From the NCBI GenBank assembly GCA_904063045.1, contig CAJFCJ010000006.1, positions 1,121,771-1,185,770 on the forward strand: a stretch of 64,000 nt of DNA, given 5' to 3'. Of the stretch, positions 1 to 13,900 are shown piece after piece. Source of the stretch: Dimorphilus gyrociliatus. Its lineage: Eukaryota; Animalia; Annelida. The notes beneath the pieces were generated by a model. It was not told the DNA's origin and ran no database searches. It saw only the letters and a program-made list of their open reading frames with translations. Position 1 is the first letter of the stretch. Each line of letters begins with the position of its first letter. The position numbers were made by a program, and so were the translations under genes.

Positions 1-2297
1 TTTGACGAATTTCAGAGTATCTTTATCTCTGTAGACTAGAGCGAGCGAGTTATTAACAGGATTTACCATTAATAGCTGTAAATAAGAAGTAGTATTATAA
101 TTTTTTTCGTTAATTGTATTCAAAATTGATAATATCACCTCTTCATTTTCATCCTTAGCGATGTAGCTTGTGTAACCTCCACATTCGCTATCCCAATCGC
201 GGCAAGAACTATAAAAAATAGCATCAAGAGCATAATACGATTGCTCTGTGTCATTGTCATGAACTAAAGTATAACTTCCATGCTCCCATTTTCTTACTTC
301 AACAGAACACGTTGCTTCTGAAATGGACTTGATGATTAGATCTTTAGTATTTAATTTTAGGATCAACAAACCGCTTTCAGATTCCTCTTCTTGACCATCA
401 GTTCGTTGAATCTTCTTCGGCTGCAGGGAGCCACTAGTATTTCTTGGTCTCTTTGATTCATTTGACTTTATTGGTGGCAAATGAGAGGCAAATTCAACTG
501 CCTCTTCTTTGTCATCCATTCCTAAATCTGGAACAGCTTCATCAAATTCATCATCATCGTCTTCGTCGTCCTCCATGTCTTCATCACTAGAATCGTCAAA
601 CTCAGCCAAATGATGATATTTTAAACCCGTAAAATTTGACACAGTCAAAAAGAACGCCTCTGATTTAAGAATATTGATAAATTCTTGTATTATTTCTGGC
701 GATTCTTTAGGATCTCCTGAGTAATAGTTTCTTTTATTAGCTGGTCCTCTCTTAACCCATTTCATCTGCTCAGATTTGAGAGCTTCTTCAAGTGCGCTAT
801 ATTTTTCATCCTATAATTTTAAATGATGTAGGAAAACAAGTATAAATATAATAAAGAAAAAAAACTTAGCTACCTGCAGAAAATCTTTTAATTCAATTTC
901 CGAATCTACTTCGAATTTTCCTTTTATTTCTATTTGTACTTTACTTTGCAGATAGATAGGATTAATCCAACTCCTGAAGACATCCTCCTATGAAAAAAAA
1001 TTTAGTTAAAAACGATCAATGATTAACTAGATCGTCATACCGAAATCTGAGCTTGAGATAGTCTGGTTAATGTAGGTTCTAAATAGGGGGTTGGCCGTGG
1101 AAAGGGTGCTCCATAAAACCAACCATTGATAGATAGTCTTGTCTTATCCTTGGACAAAACTTCGGCAACCTAAATACGGATATAAAGTTACAAAGAAAAA
1201 GTAAAATAAATATTAATAAATTTAAATAACCTGATGAAAAGATATAGGAGAGACTTCAAAGAAAGATAACTGATTTTCAGAAGGTAATAATGATTCAATG
1301 ACATCTTTAGGTTGGTTATTATCTGACAAATGTTTAGTAAATTATAGAAGATCTGTTAATTATTCAAAGTGATTTAACACGAACCATCGGTGTCAAATAA
1401 GTCTAATGCTCCACCATCCTCTTTTCTCCAATGAGGAACTAAGTATAAAATAAATGCGATTCTTCGGCCTTCTAATTCATCATCATGACAGAGTAAGGAA
1501 TCTGTATATTCATATTTAGACCCAGTCATATCAACTTTGTCCAACAGCTGTATACCAGTTAAATTTGAGATCCAGTTTCTTACTTCGAGCTTGAATAGTT
1601 TTCTAAAATTTATGGAATATCGTAAAAATATAACTTTCCTTATGAAATAATAGCCTAGTTTCTACCTCAAAACTTTACCATAACCTGTGGACAGTTTTTT
1701 GAAATCAGAAGTCTGTTGAAATTTATATAAATCATTATTCTTTTCATAAAATATTTGTTCCTCAAGTTCTTTCTTAAGTTCTTTCACAAATTGTTGATTA
1801 TCCAAAAAGTTTGGGAGGCAGCAAGTTTGAAATGGCTTACTAACAATTTTCGCTTCTGTACTTTCTGCAATTTTTGTAAGTAATTTTTAAAAAGAAGCTA
1901 ACTTTAACAAAAACTAGATACTGGAGTCAGATTCTATTGTAGATCTTTATTAGTAACAATGTATTTCCTATTAGTTTTAATACAATTTAAAGAAAAGGAA
2001 CACTGAGTGACTTAATATTATTACCTAGGCTAACTCTGAAATAGAATATGTAAAAAAAATTGAGTACTTCCATTTATTGCAAAGGAAATTTGTAAAATTT
2101 TCAACAGAGTAATTAGGTTGAACATGATAAAGAAAACGTTACTAACCATTTTCGTAATCAAGTTTCTTAGAATAAATATCAGAGAATTCTTTCGTAAAGT
2201 CCTCAGCTAAATAGGCCGGATTTATTGCGGGGTAGCACTTTAGTCTACTTTTTCCCTGAACTCCGCTAACGCCAACACGTTTTTTCGATGAAATCAT
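1..2297 (-). CDS. OGFOD1: Prolyl 3-hydroxylase OGFOD1/TPA1 (2OG-Fe(II) oxygenase), multi-exon, 3' end outside window
   Basis: Hand translation of minus-strand exons gives FYEKNNDLYKFQQ, SLLCHDDELEGRRIAFILYL (HxD iron ligands) and LLMVNPVNNSLALVYRDKDTLKFVK, all matching OGFOD1. ATG at 2297 (MISSKKRV...). Missed by the ORF track because the exons are short. Confidence 0.93.
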
Positions 2298-2395
2298 ATT
2301 GGTCGTTGAAGAAGTCTATTATCTAAGGGGAAAAATTGATAAGAAAATTCCCATAAAAAGAGTAATCTAGAAATATTAAATATTTTTACTTCATA

Positions 2396-2403
2396 CCGGA
2401 AGT
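2396..2403 (+). promoter_or_regulatory. ETS/GABP-type motif CCGGAAGT in the divergent promoter
   Basis: Exact consensus ~100 bp upstream of the OGFOD1 ATG in a 565 bp head-to-head interval; motif match only. Confidence 0.3.
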
Positions 2404-2862
2404 ATGGGCAAGCGATATTAGAGGAATTTTATTAATCGATACAAGGATATACAAGCCAAGATATAGAATGGCACATGTTGGTGATGTTAGTTGGTTGACG
2501 GTGGCGTTCGTAGCGGAATAATTAAAGTTTTTTTTAAAATAGTATAGACCAAATGCTTTGAAAGTAATATAACAGACTTTTTTAAGCATTCAAAGTGATA
2601 AAGATTTTAAAGATCAATTTTGATTTCAATTGAGTATCGTTAAAAGAATAAAGTAACTAATAATAATACATGCTTTATACCGGTATATATGAAAAAAATA
2701 TATAGCATTGATTAATTAACATTATTACACTCTCTTCTAAGAATGAATCAATCCTCTTTAACCTTTTCTTTTATGTTTAAAAAACATATATTAACATAAT
2801 GATTTTTTTTTAAAAAAAAGTGAAGAAATGACAAGATATTTTAATATTAAAAACAAAGGATT

Positions 2863-4389
2863 ATGACAATGATAAATATTATAGAAATTATTATTTTTAT
2901 TCAAATTTCTTCTATATATTCTTTAAAAATATTTTGGAATAACAATAATGTCGATGAAAAAGTCGTTGAGCAAGGTTGCTCGTTCAATAATATAAGCAAT
3001 TTAACTGCCAAAGTTAATCTTATTCGGGATAATGAAACAATAACTCTTGAAACTATAAGACTTTACGCTTATTATGAAACGGAAGTTGACATTTTTTATG
3101 ATAAATTTGCAGAACGTCTAAAAAGTTCTAAAAGTGGAATTGATTTTTGTGTTCTTTGCTTGAACGATAATAAACATATAATAGAGAAGAAATGCCTATC
3201 ATCAAGACAACAACTTAATGACACATTATTCTTTGTGTATCGAGTGTTTAAAGCAATTCCAACAAAATTTAACTCTTTTAAATCTATGGAAAACTTACGC
3301 TCTGGTTTTGTCAATAGTAAAAAATCTAATAAATTAACAGCTATTGGCATAGCGGGTCTAGTTTTGACTGTTGTTATGATATTATTCGTTATGCTTTGTG
3401 GGAAATTCTTTTCGAGGAACATTCGAAATTATGCTAAGGACGACATAGAAAATGTAAAGTATTACATACATGCATACATAAACAACCATATGCATATATA
3501 TAAATGGATATTGAAATAACCTCCATTAAGTTAATGATTCATAGATAAAGTATTTTATCCAATATTTAGGATTCAAAGAACCTTTCTGAAGATAACTGGT
3601 ACCGGAAAGCAATAAAAGCTGCTGGTGGTACACTTCCTCCTAATGCTAGAAGTCTGAGACCAAAGCAGATCATTGGTCGCATTAACTCATAAAATATTTG
3701 TATTATTCTATTCTAAATGTTTTTGTACAGGTATTTATAAATCTTTTAGAAAAAATGATGCAGACGGAAATGGAACAATATCTTCAGAAGAGTTAAAAGC
3801 AGCTATGAAAACTATGAATAGAAATTTTAATACTTCTCAAATTCAAAAAATAATGGCTGACATGGATACTGACAGTTAGAATTCCAGGTTTCTTTTCTCT
3901 TTATTTTTTTTTCCTTTTTCTCTTTAGAAAGCGGAGCTATTGACTTTTTCGAGTATTTAAATGTTGCTGCGGAGATGGTAGCCGATGATATTGCCTACTT
4001 AAAAGCTTTCAATACTATTGATTTGGACGGTAGTGGGTAAATATCTTAGTAATAATTATTAATGAATTAATCAACTATGATTAAATTTTTTAAAATTTGC
4101 TTTCAGAGAGATTTCTGCTGAAGAAATGGCGGTTGCAATGAAGCAAATGAATATAAACGTTTCTCCCCAATATATTCATGAAATAATCAAAGATATGGGT
4201 ACCAAAAAGAAGGATGTAATTAATTTTGAAGGTAGTAGGAGACATTAATATAGATAAATATTTTTTTTACTTTATCTCCTTCCTTCTACAGAATTCAAAA
4301 AAATAATTGCTTGGAAAGCTAATCAATCAAATTCCGTTAATGGCGATTTATCCTCTGTGAGCGGTGAATCAACAATACTTACTAAATGA
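2863..4389 (+). CDS. Predicted type I membrane protein with cytoplasmic calmodulin-like 4-EF-hand domain (~390 aa, 6 exons)
   Basis: Exons 2863-3453, 3570-3675, 3731-3874, 3928-4036, 4107-4231, 4292-4389; all GT-AG and phase-compatible (1173 nt). Signal-like N-terminus, TM helix LTAIGIAGLVLTVVMILFVMLC, EF loops DADGNGTISSEE, DTDKSGAIDFFE, DLDGSGEISAEE and degenerate GTKKKDVINFEE. The EF-hand part is certain; its join to exon 1 is inferred. Confidence 0.72.
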
Positions 4390-4545
4390 ATTTGTTTGAT
4401 TCTTTCAAGAAGACTACAAACACAATTTTAGTTGAATATTCATGATTTCATGATTTTCTATATGAAGAATTTGTGTATTTTTTTCCGTTTGTTTAGTAAA
4501 CATTCTATAGAATCTATATAAAATTATCATTGTCAAAATAACTTA

Positions 4546-7500
4546 TCACTTTCCAAATTGAGTGACCATTAGATTTGGAGCGCCGTAGCATACCATATTA
4601 AAATTTGATCTCTCTCCTGAAATCTGTTCAGAGGTTAGTGTTGCCATACTTAAACCGTGTTTCATTCCGCTGCTTTCGTTTTCTGTTTCTTCTGCTTCCT
4701 CTTCTGCGGTTTCATCGGGCTTCCTCTTATGAGGCATTGATAAAAATCGGGTAGCTTCACCAGTTGTATAGGCTTTAGGTAGGAAATCTTTCATAAAATC
4801 ATGTATGCGCTGTGCATTTTCTTCTAGAGAACAATGCCATTGGTTTGATAGAACGCATCTAACACCAGTCAAACCTAACAAAATGGACGTCTCGACAGGT
4901 TTTTCCAGGTTAAGAACTTCTTGTCTGTAAACGCGGTAAGCAATTACATATTAAATTCTCTTAAACTATATATATATTAGGCATACGTTTTAAGGACGTC
5001 AGTTTTGGCTCTCCTTGAAAAGCTCTTGCCTGTTTGCATCAAGTCGAGAAGCATCACAAACTGGCACTCTGGCAAGTTAAGACTTGCTATATTTGAAGGC
5101 GATAATTGACATGCAAATCTTTCCATTCCGTAATAAATGAAGCCAGAGCCCTCATTCAAATAAATTTCGTACTCTCCTACACTTGGAGAATGTTCACTAC
5201 CTGCAACTCCAAGCCAACGAGGTGTGAATTGTTGAGAATGTTTTTCAACCATTTCGTTGAAAATTTCAATAGGTTTACAAGTATCTGTATCAGGCGCATC
5301 AGAATTCGGATCGACAACAACTGTGGGAAAGAATGTTTTAAACATTAATAACATTTAAGTGTCTACATTAATTATTTCTCTTATATCATTACATCTAACG
5401 GCATGAGTATCCACTGGTAGACAGGTAGATGGTACTGGTCTCTCAAGGGGTACGATTTTACTCTGTTTCTTCGCAGCATCACGCAATCCAGGTATTCGAC
5501 TAGGCGGTTTATTTTTTTCTTTTTCTTTCAAGGCTTTTTCGGCGGCTTCGTCTAGAGGTTCAATGTACATTTTATGATGTAACATTTGAAGACTAACATC
5601 TCTTGAGACTGATGTTATATAATCTGCTTGAAGACATCTCAAAGCCTCCAAAGGCCATTTAAGGAGTTCAATATCCGCTAGTATTGCGATGCACTCATTT
5701 TCAGCTGATTGAGCATCCTTACTCATTGTGCTTCCGCTTGTTGGGCGTCTATTTTTAAAAAGGAAATTTGATTTGAAGGGGTCATTTAACTCTATTCAGA
5801 CTTACTTTTCTTTTAATTTCTTTGAGATATCACTCAAATATGTCTCTGTACACTCTATTAAATTCAAATATTCATGTCTCAATTTCTCTTCATCTTCATC
5901 TTCAAATTTACTTTCATTCTAGATATAAATACACTTTATACATGAAGATCTTAAGATAAAAGGATAGGGTAAATATAATTTCTACAATATCATATATTAC
6001 TAACCGGAATAGGAGATCCTGAATCAAGAGTAGAGAGCATCTTTTCCCTTTGAGCCTGTCTTGTTTTCTTATATTGACACTTTAAAAGGATCTATTAGGA
6101 AAGTAAAAGTATTTTTTTGTGATCTTCGTGTTGAAAAATGTTTAAGTTTTATTGTTTTTACCATCATTGCATCGTGTTTCCACCATTTCCATCTCTCTTG
6201 TAATTCCTCTAATTCTTGCCTTGAAGTTTTTACTCTCAAGACTTGAGCTTTTGATGTAAACTGGCCTGCTCCCCTTCTATTTGCTGCGGCTGCATTTAAA
6301 TTTTTCGATTTGTCCATTATGGAACAATACAGATAATTCTTATCGGGAGAGAATTGAAGAACGACACAAGTAATATTCGGAGGTAAATCTTTTATTAGAT
6401 CCATATGGTGAGTTGATACGCGTAATCTTTTCCAAGCCTTTAAATGAAAAAGAAGAGGAGTAAACTATAGAATACATTAAAATTTCTAATATTAATAATT
6501 TTACAATGAACTTTTCGTCCAATTGTTGCATAATTGATCTATAGCTCGGACCCATTTTCGAATTGAATATCAAGTCTTTTTCTAACATATCATCTCTTTG
6601 TTTTAGAAGAGCTGCCAGCTGAGATTGAGTTGGATCGACAAGTGCCCTTTTTAATAAATTTTCGCAGTAGAGTGACGCTTCACAACTCTGACGTAAAGAT
6701 AGATATTGACTGCAAAGGCCAGGATCAAATTGACCTAGGCATTCAACTAATTCAATTGATGCTTCGCTAGTCGTTCTCTATTAATACATTAGAAAAATAT
6801 TAAATATAGAAAGTACTAAAGAATTATATTATTATTTACAAGTAAACCATGTTTCAAGGATAATACTATTGATTGTTGAAGAATTTCAGTTGCTTGAGCG
6901 AGTAATTTTTGAGAACTATGCTTTTCACTCTATACATTATAAAAGTATTTAGAATTTCAAATGTCTGTTTAGAAATATCTCTATACCTTTAATTTTTTCA
7001 ATCTTGCAGAGAATTTAATAAATTCATCTGTATCTTCATTGACGTATTCATTTTCAGCGCTTTCATCAATATGTAAACCTAGTTTCTCCCTCTCTATCCA
7101 ATCAGCATTCCAAAGTTGTTTAGGATCGGGAGAAGCATGTTCTGACATAAGTCTGACGCATCTTCCCACTAAAAATAAACATTTAGCTCTCCATTCTATT
7201 AAATTTGGTGACTCTTGCTGCGATATGGTGAGAGAATGAGCAAAACTTAGGCTAGTTAGTGCCTGATCGCAAGCAGTCTTTATAAGAGATTCCCATTGTT
7301 GCTCTCTACCTTCATAGTGTGGAGTGTCTCTTGTTAAATTCTCAACTTCTCTCTCAACAGATAATTTTCTTTCCCATTGAATTCTTTGATTTCTGGCTCG
7401 TTCGACATATATTTCGAATATTTTAATTAATACCCTAGAATATTTAACATTGCATTTTATCGTAATTCTCTGGTAAGGTAAATTAATATGTTGCAGCTGC

Positions 7501-7880
7501 AAAAGTTCATAATTCGATAAAATAGAGTTAATATCTTAAAAAGTAAATATGCAATATAAAAGTCTTACATCAGAAACTGGAGATGTCAATGTAATAGCGT
7601 CCTGGAATAGATCTCTAGCAATTCTCACAGAATATTCTAATATTTCTATAATCTATATTATAATGAAAATCGAAGAAATTATAATCAATGGGTAAAAAAA
7701 AAGGAAAAATTTTACTTCAATATAGTAGAAATCTCCATCTTTCGAACCATTAAAAGCTATGGCAATCTTTTCTAATAATTCTGCTTGATCTAGCATAAAT
7801 TTTAACGCTTCTTGAACATAACCCAATGCTAATAGTTCGGCCCAGCAATGCTTTAATTTCTATTGGGATAATGATATAAT

Positions 7881-7921
<41 letters not shown>

Positions 7922-10900
7922 CTATTATTTAAATTATCGTACGTTGCAGGATGATAATATTGCTGTAATTACACTTGGTTTAGTCAGATTATCTTGGGCT
8001 TGTAATATAATATCTATTTGGATTTGGACTAATTTTGCTTTAAAATTATTCAAAATAAATCCAGTTATATCCTGCTTATTAGGCCTTGTCTGCTCAATTT
8101 CAGAAAATATTTCCACAGCATGTAAAACTAACGTTCTTGCCTGTAACAGTCCCTTTATTAGTATATCATATTTGATAATATAATAAAAATATTAATAACT
8201 CATATTTACTTTACGAAGGTTATTCTTCAAAGAGTAATCTTTTCTTGTAGACTCAATTATAATCATAGTCGTTTCATACCAAAACATTTCGTCACCCTTA
8301 AACCTTTTTTGAGCTTCGAGACATAACGCTACCGCCTGTCCATATTGAGCTTCAATCATCGATAAATGTCCGAGTAAATGTAAAACTTTCCCCTCAATAT
8401 AGGCATCTTCATAAGCTCTAGCTGTTACTAAGACTTCGTTTAGAATATCTCTTGCAGGTTGATAGATACCCTGAGTTATGAGAATTTCTGCAGTTTCTAA
8501 CCAAACATTCCTAATTTTAACTTCACCAAGCTCCCTTCCAATATGCTCCGCAGTATTTGTTTTTTCGGCTCCTTCAACAGAGTCGTCTCTATTCCCCTGT
8601 TTCTTTTTTAGAACATTTGCATCCAGCAATCTCTTTTCTTCTCTTCTTACTTGGGCCTGTTTTTCTCTCCAAACTGCCATAGCCTCTCTGGAATTCGCTA
8701 CTTCATCTTCGTTTAATTTAAAATCAGAATACTGTTCATGAAATTTAATTCCATTTATATACCCAATTTGCATGCAAGATTTCCAGGATTTTAAATGTAT
8801 CAAAGAAGTAAGAGAGCGATTCTCTAGCATTCCTCTTGCTATAGTATCTTGTAGGGCTAATGCTGGAAAAACCATATGATGGAATCCCAACCTATTTAGA
8901 TGCTTTACAAGGGTATCCAAATAGTAAATGGTTAACATCTATATAAAATAGTTTTAAACCTTATCAATAGTAAATAGGTTAAAGTAAATCACTTACGGGT
9001 TTTAAGATTGTATGTTGGTTTATTCCGGTCAGTTTCATTGATTCCTGTTTAAAGGCTTCAAGAACTTCTTCAGGAGCATCATATTCAGCCCAGGCTTCAA
9101 TACTACTAGGAAGATGATCAAGAGGACCTTTACGCTTTGGTCTCTCCTTTACAGGTTCTTCTTCTTTAGCCTTTTTACCACTTTTCTTTCCTTTACCACC
9201 TTTATCACTTTCACCTTCTGTTTGTGGTCTCTTAGCCAACTCTTTCATAACTGGCCCACTAGCGGATAAGGAAACTTGCCATATCCTCATCAAATAACCA
9301 TATGCTAACAGAACGTTATTAACGTGCTCATTTGATTGACTGCCAACAACTTCGGCCAGCAGAACGGTACATTGTAGAAGATAGTCTAGTTGCTTAATAC
9401 TTATTAGATCAGATATCTTTTGTTCTGGTTTCATTGGAATAACACCAATTATAGCGTCTTTTTTAATGGGTATTATAGCTTGTGAATCCACTTGACTTTG
9501 ATCACTAGTGGTTCTGGCTGTATCTGGAGCTTTTTCTTCTTTCGATATTTTTTTAATAGAAGTCGATTTTCTCTTTTCCCTCTCAGCTGGTTTCTTTGTT
9601 TTTGGTTTCATCGATTTGCTTCCTATTGAAGTATAGTTCAATTATATCGTTCGCTATATTCATATAATGAACGAAGTAAGTATGAAAAATCATTTCGAAT
9701 TGTAAATTTGCAAACAAGCAAACCAACAAAAGAACTAAAAACAACTAATAGACAAGAAAACTTTGATTAAGAATGTTTACTTAATAAAGATAATACAACG
9801 GAATTTCTTTTTAGAACAAACCTTTAGTGTTAGCTTCTTTTTCAGTTAAATCGGCTTTATACACACAATGATGTTTTTTTTAATTAGTTATTCATCAATA
9901 GAACTTATAATTTTAATTAAAAACTAATGAAAACTAATGAGATGATTGACATTATTACAACATTTTTTATCATTGACTTACCGGTTTCTTTACGACCCTT
10001 CTTGGAAAGAGGTGAATGAGATCGATCTTGTTCAAATTCCATGTTCAAGAGTATGTCTATTGCCCATTCAATTTGATCTGTAGCATCACATCTTGGAAAT
10101 TCATGACAATAGAGCCATTGTCCTAATTCCAAAAGATAATCAACTTTTTGCCATTCAGAACTTTTCTTCTATAAGAAGATTTTAAAAGAATAAAAAATCT
10201 ATATAGTTTTGTAAATAAAAGAAATTTTACCGTCAATGCTTCTATAGCATTCTGATAAGCTTCTAGTTGGAATTCTATATCCTTTGAACAGAGTGCTACT
10301 CTCCTCCACATATGGGCAAGATAATCTTCGCTATCATCCTTAAACTTTTGTATATTAAGGAGAACTGACAAGCCTAATTTAGCTTTAACCATAACGACGT
10401 GTTTGTGCAACAAACTAAAAATGTGTGATAATATACGATTAAGATTAATGAAGGAGAAGTATACAAATATGCAAATACAAACAGGCGGTGGTTTGTTCTC
10501 GGCATGTCATTGATAGCTTTATCCATAACTTCAAGAGCACTTTTCCAATCGTGCTTTTATAAAAGAATAATATGGATAATCTCTTTGGGTAATAAATGTT
10601 AATTCACATATTTCCTTACCTTATCAGCATAACTTTGGAAAAGAACACAATAGAAAAATGCCCGAAGAGTCAAGTCGTCCTCAGGTCCTCCTATTATACC
10701 AATCTTCTTCTTCTCTGTAGAATCGATTGGGGCTAATTCGTTTGAAGTTTCATCTTCATCTTCAGCTGTTTCCTATCGATGAGAAGTGATTTACGTTAAG
10801 ATAGTGGAATTAATTGAAATGCGGAAAATTTAATTTACCAAAGATTTATAAGCATTTTTATCTGTCGTTTTATTGATAGCATCAAGAAGTAGTGTAAGTG

Positions 10901-13900
10901 GCGATTTAAGAACCTCCCTCTCAATTGGTTGCTGAATAAGAGGCAGAGCTGCATTCCAATAACGCCTTGCGGCTTGCATTACTAGTTCATAATTTTGAGC
11001 ATCGGCAGCAAACAGAGCAGCTTTCAAAAAGAACTGGAGAGCCAATCTCCTAGGTGCATTCTTACCCGCTGCAGTATCAACCAAGCTCCTACCTCTTAAA
11101 GTAGCCGAATAGAAGAGCATCTCTCGCTCCACAATATATTCATTTCCTTGACGTTTTTTGCCTTTAGGCAATGTTCCTCCATGAAATTCCAAAGCTGCGT
11201 CAGAACATTTCAAAACGAGCTGATGCTTTTGAGCTTTAAAGGAATGATAGGTTAAAGTTGTCCATAGCTTTAGTTCTACAAGATGATCTTCCCAAGTTGC
11301 CATTTGTATCATTTCAGCCACCTTTTCGAGCGGTGGTATTTCTTTGAATTCCATAATTCCATTATTATTTAAACTATGCATTTCAACGACAACAATGGAT
11401 CTAGTCATAGGCTTTTGACCGTTCATATCCTCTGATGAATTAGTACCCAGCTCTTTTCCAATCTGCGATTGGCTTAATTGTTTTGCCCTAACCCAAGTGT
11501 GTAGCAAATCCACTCTTACACTAATGGGAACGATATTAATCGCTTCCTTTCCATCTGTGACATCCATACAGAACTCGCAAACTTCTATCGCCTGCTTAAT
11601 AAACGGAATTCCATCCGGATTGATTTGCAGAGTCTGTTTCGATTTTGAATCGGCAAGCCCACCCTGCTTTTTACCGGGGGATGGTGCTCTAGGTGGGACT
11701 GATCCAGGAGACTGCAATAGTGGATCCCATGGTTGTAAAAGACCTTTTGCCAGAGCATTACATAAGCTAACAAGCATAATTGTTTCCCTGTTGTTTTGTT
11801 ATATAATTGTATTAAACTTATCATGATTCTATCATAAGCGTGTTACCCGGCATGTCCTACAGATTTTAGGGCGTTTAGAAGAACTTCAAAAACTTTAACC
11901 AATTCGGAGTGCTTATTTGAAGATAGACGATGCTGATTATAATTCCACAAGTAAGCGGATGAACTGGAAATTATATGAAAGTTTTTTGTAATAAAAAAGA
12001 CACATGAAATATATGAATATATGAAAAGAAGTGGTGCAACTGACCTACAAACGACCCACGGTTCGTTCAAATTTACTCCAATTTCACTTGCTCTTAGGAA
12101 ACTTTTAGTAGCATCCTCCGAGATTCGATCTAACCAATCACTGACGAATAAAAATTAAGTTAGAATAAGTTTATATTTGAATCTAAAGAAAGTGTTCGTT
12201 ACCAATAGGTCTGCCAGTGAGGATCATCCTCAGCTTTGACGGTCACATAACCTTTAGGCCTTATGCTTCTGTCCTCAGGGGGTATTGGTTTTTGATAGAG
12301 CTCTACTCCTTCTGATCTTAGAAGGTGAATAAGGGCTTCACCTTGCACAAAGTACACTTCTACCAATGTTCTTAAGAGGTGCTTCTCGAAAAGCATACTT
12401 ATTGTTGGTGGAGGCGTGGCTGGTTTCTCGAAAGAAACTTCTGATCCTTTTTTTGATAAAGACGTAGGAGGTCTCTGCTCTTCTTTCAACAAGTCGTCTC
12501 TTACAAATCTACCATCGTCATATAGTAAACAGAAACGACAAGCTACTCTGCAAACATCCCATACTTCTTGTTTACGTGCCGTTTTTGCTAAATCAGCCCA
12601 TAATTTAGCTCGTTCGTGTTCTTTCTCACTGCCCAGCCTCTTCAAATGTCCAGGGGCCTTTTTAATACAATTCCAGAATTGCTCCGCCTTATGACCATAC
12701 TTAACGAATCGAGAAGAATCGGCTTTTCCCCCACCGACTTCTTTAGGTGGACTCTCAGACTCCAGAACCAAGAGGAAAGCATCAGGGGCTAAGGCTTGTC
12801 CTGCCTTTACTAAAATACTTCTTTTCATTAATACTGTTCCGGTTTCAGCGCTTCTCGCTTGTTCTATTATCATAGCTGCTGCATCCTCATCAACATCGGG
12901 CTGTTGATATAATTCCTTTTTCAGTTCTATCCTATGTAAAGCAGATTCTAAGAGTTCTTTATACGTTTTGGCATCATCCAATGCTATTGCTTTCCGAATA
13001 TGCGCAATGGCAACTTCTAATTGTTCAACGTCTTCCTCAATCTTTGCCAATTCCGTATGAACTTGGCATCTATTGAAAGAAAAAGAATTACCCAGTTACA
13101 ACGATTATTTTGATTAGTACCTAAATTGAAAGAGTAGAGAATCGATTTCTTCCAGAGCTTCCACTATGTTTGTCAGAGGTCTTCTGACTTTTATTCTTAG
13201 ATTTGTTTGTAAAACTGGAAGGCATAAATTCCATAGTGTCGCGCAGGCTGATTGTATTAAACCAGCATTTTGTTGCCTAGCCGAATTTGTCAATGCCTCA
13301 TCACATCTTTTAATTGCGATTAGTCTTACTTCTAAGAGGTTTTTTTGATAATTTTCTCTATTTTCACCCAATTTTTTTACCATTAGGTCGCATTCCATCA
13401 ATTCTAATTGAAGAGGAAAATTTGGATCATTCGGAAAATTAGCTATCTTGATTCCAGTAAGGCATTGCTGCATAATTTGAGGAAGATTATACTCAGAGGC
13501 TAATCTACTCATTTCCAATAGTAAATAAGGTCTTTCGGGATTATCAATATCCATTTTACGAGTAGCGGCTGAGGGTGACGGAGTGCGACGATCCTTGGCT
13601 CTAGACCTAGAATAGCAAAGTCCATGCTTTATACATAGTATAGTTGGCAAATAGAAATCAGTCATACACAACATGAACAGGTTTAATAAGCACCAAAAAC
13701 AAAAAATATGGAACAATATGTTAAGTGAAGGTTAAGCTGAATCCACGGCAATACATATAAATATCATGCTATATTTATATATCATTCATTTAATATACCT
13801 TAAATATAACCCCAAATCACCAAAACAGAAAAAAAAACCATTATAAGAGGTCATATTCAAGGTCATTACTAATATATTTCATGCAAAACAAAACAAAAAA

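Noticed and set aside
2386-2589. 67-aa ORF in the OGFOD1 promoter region (likewise 15955-16194, 18229-18417, 46196-46381, 51109-51501)
   Set aside because: Short, composition typical of AT-rich non-coding DNA, several with non-ATG starts, no homology recognised.
3096-13348. Opposite-strand ORFs such as 3096-3422, 5106-5348, 7039-7239, 8478-8741, 11497-11826, 12416-12694 and 13166-13348
   Set aside because: Antisense shadows of real exons with no independent protein features; the same applies to similar ORFs over NALCN, SARS1, the LIM gene, FECH and TAF1.
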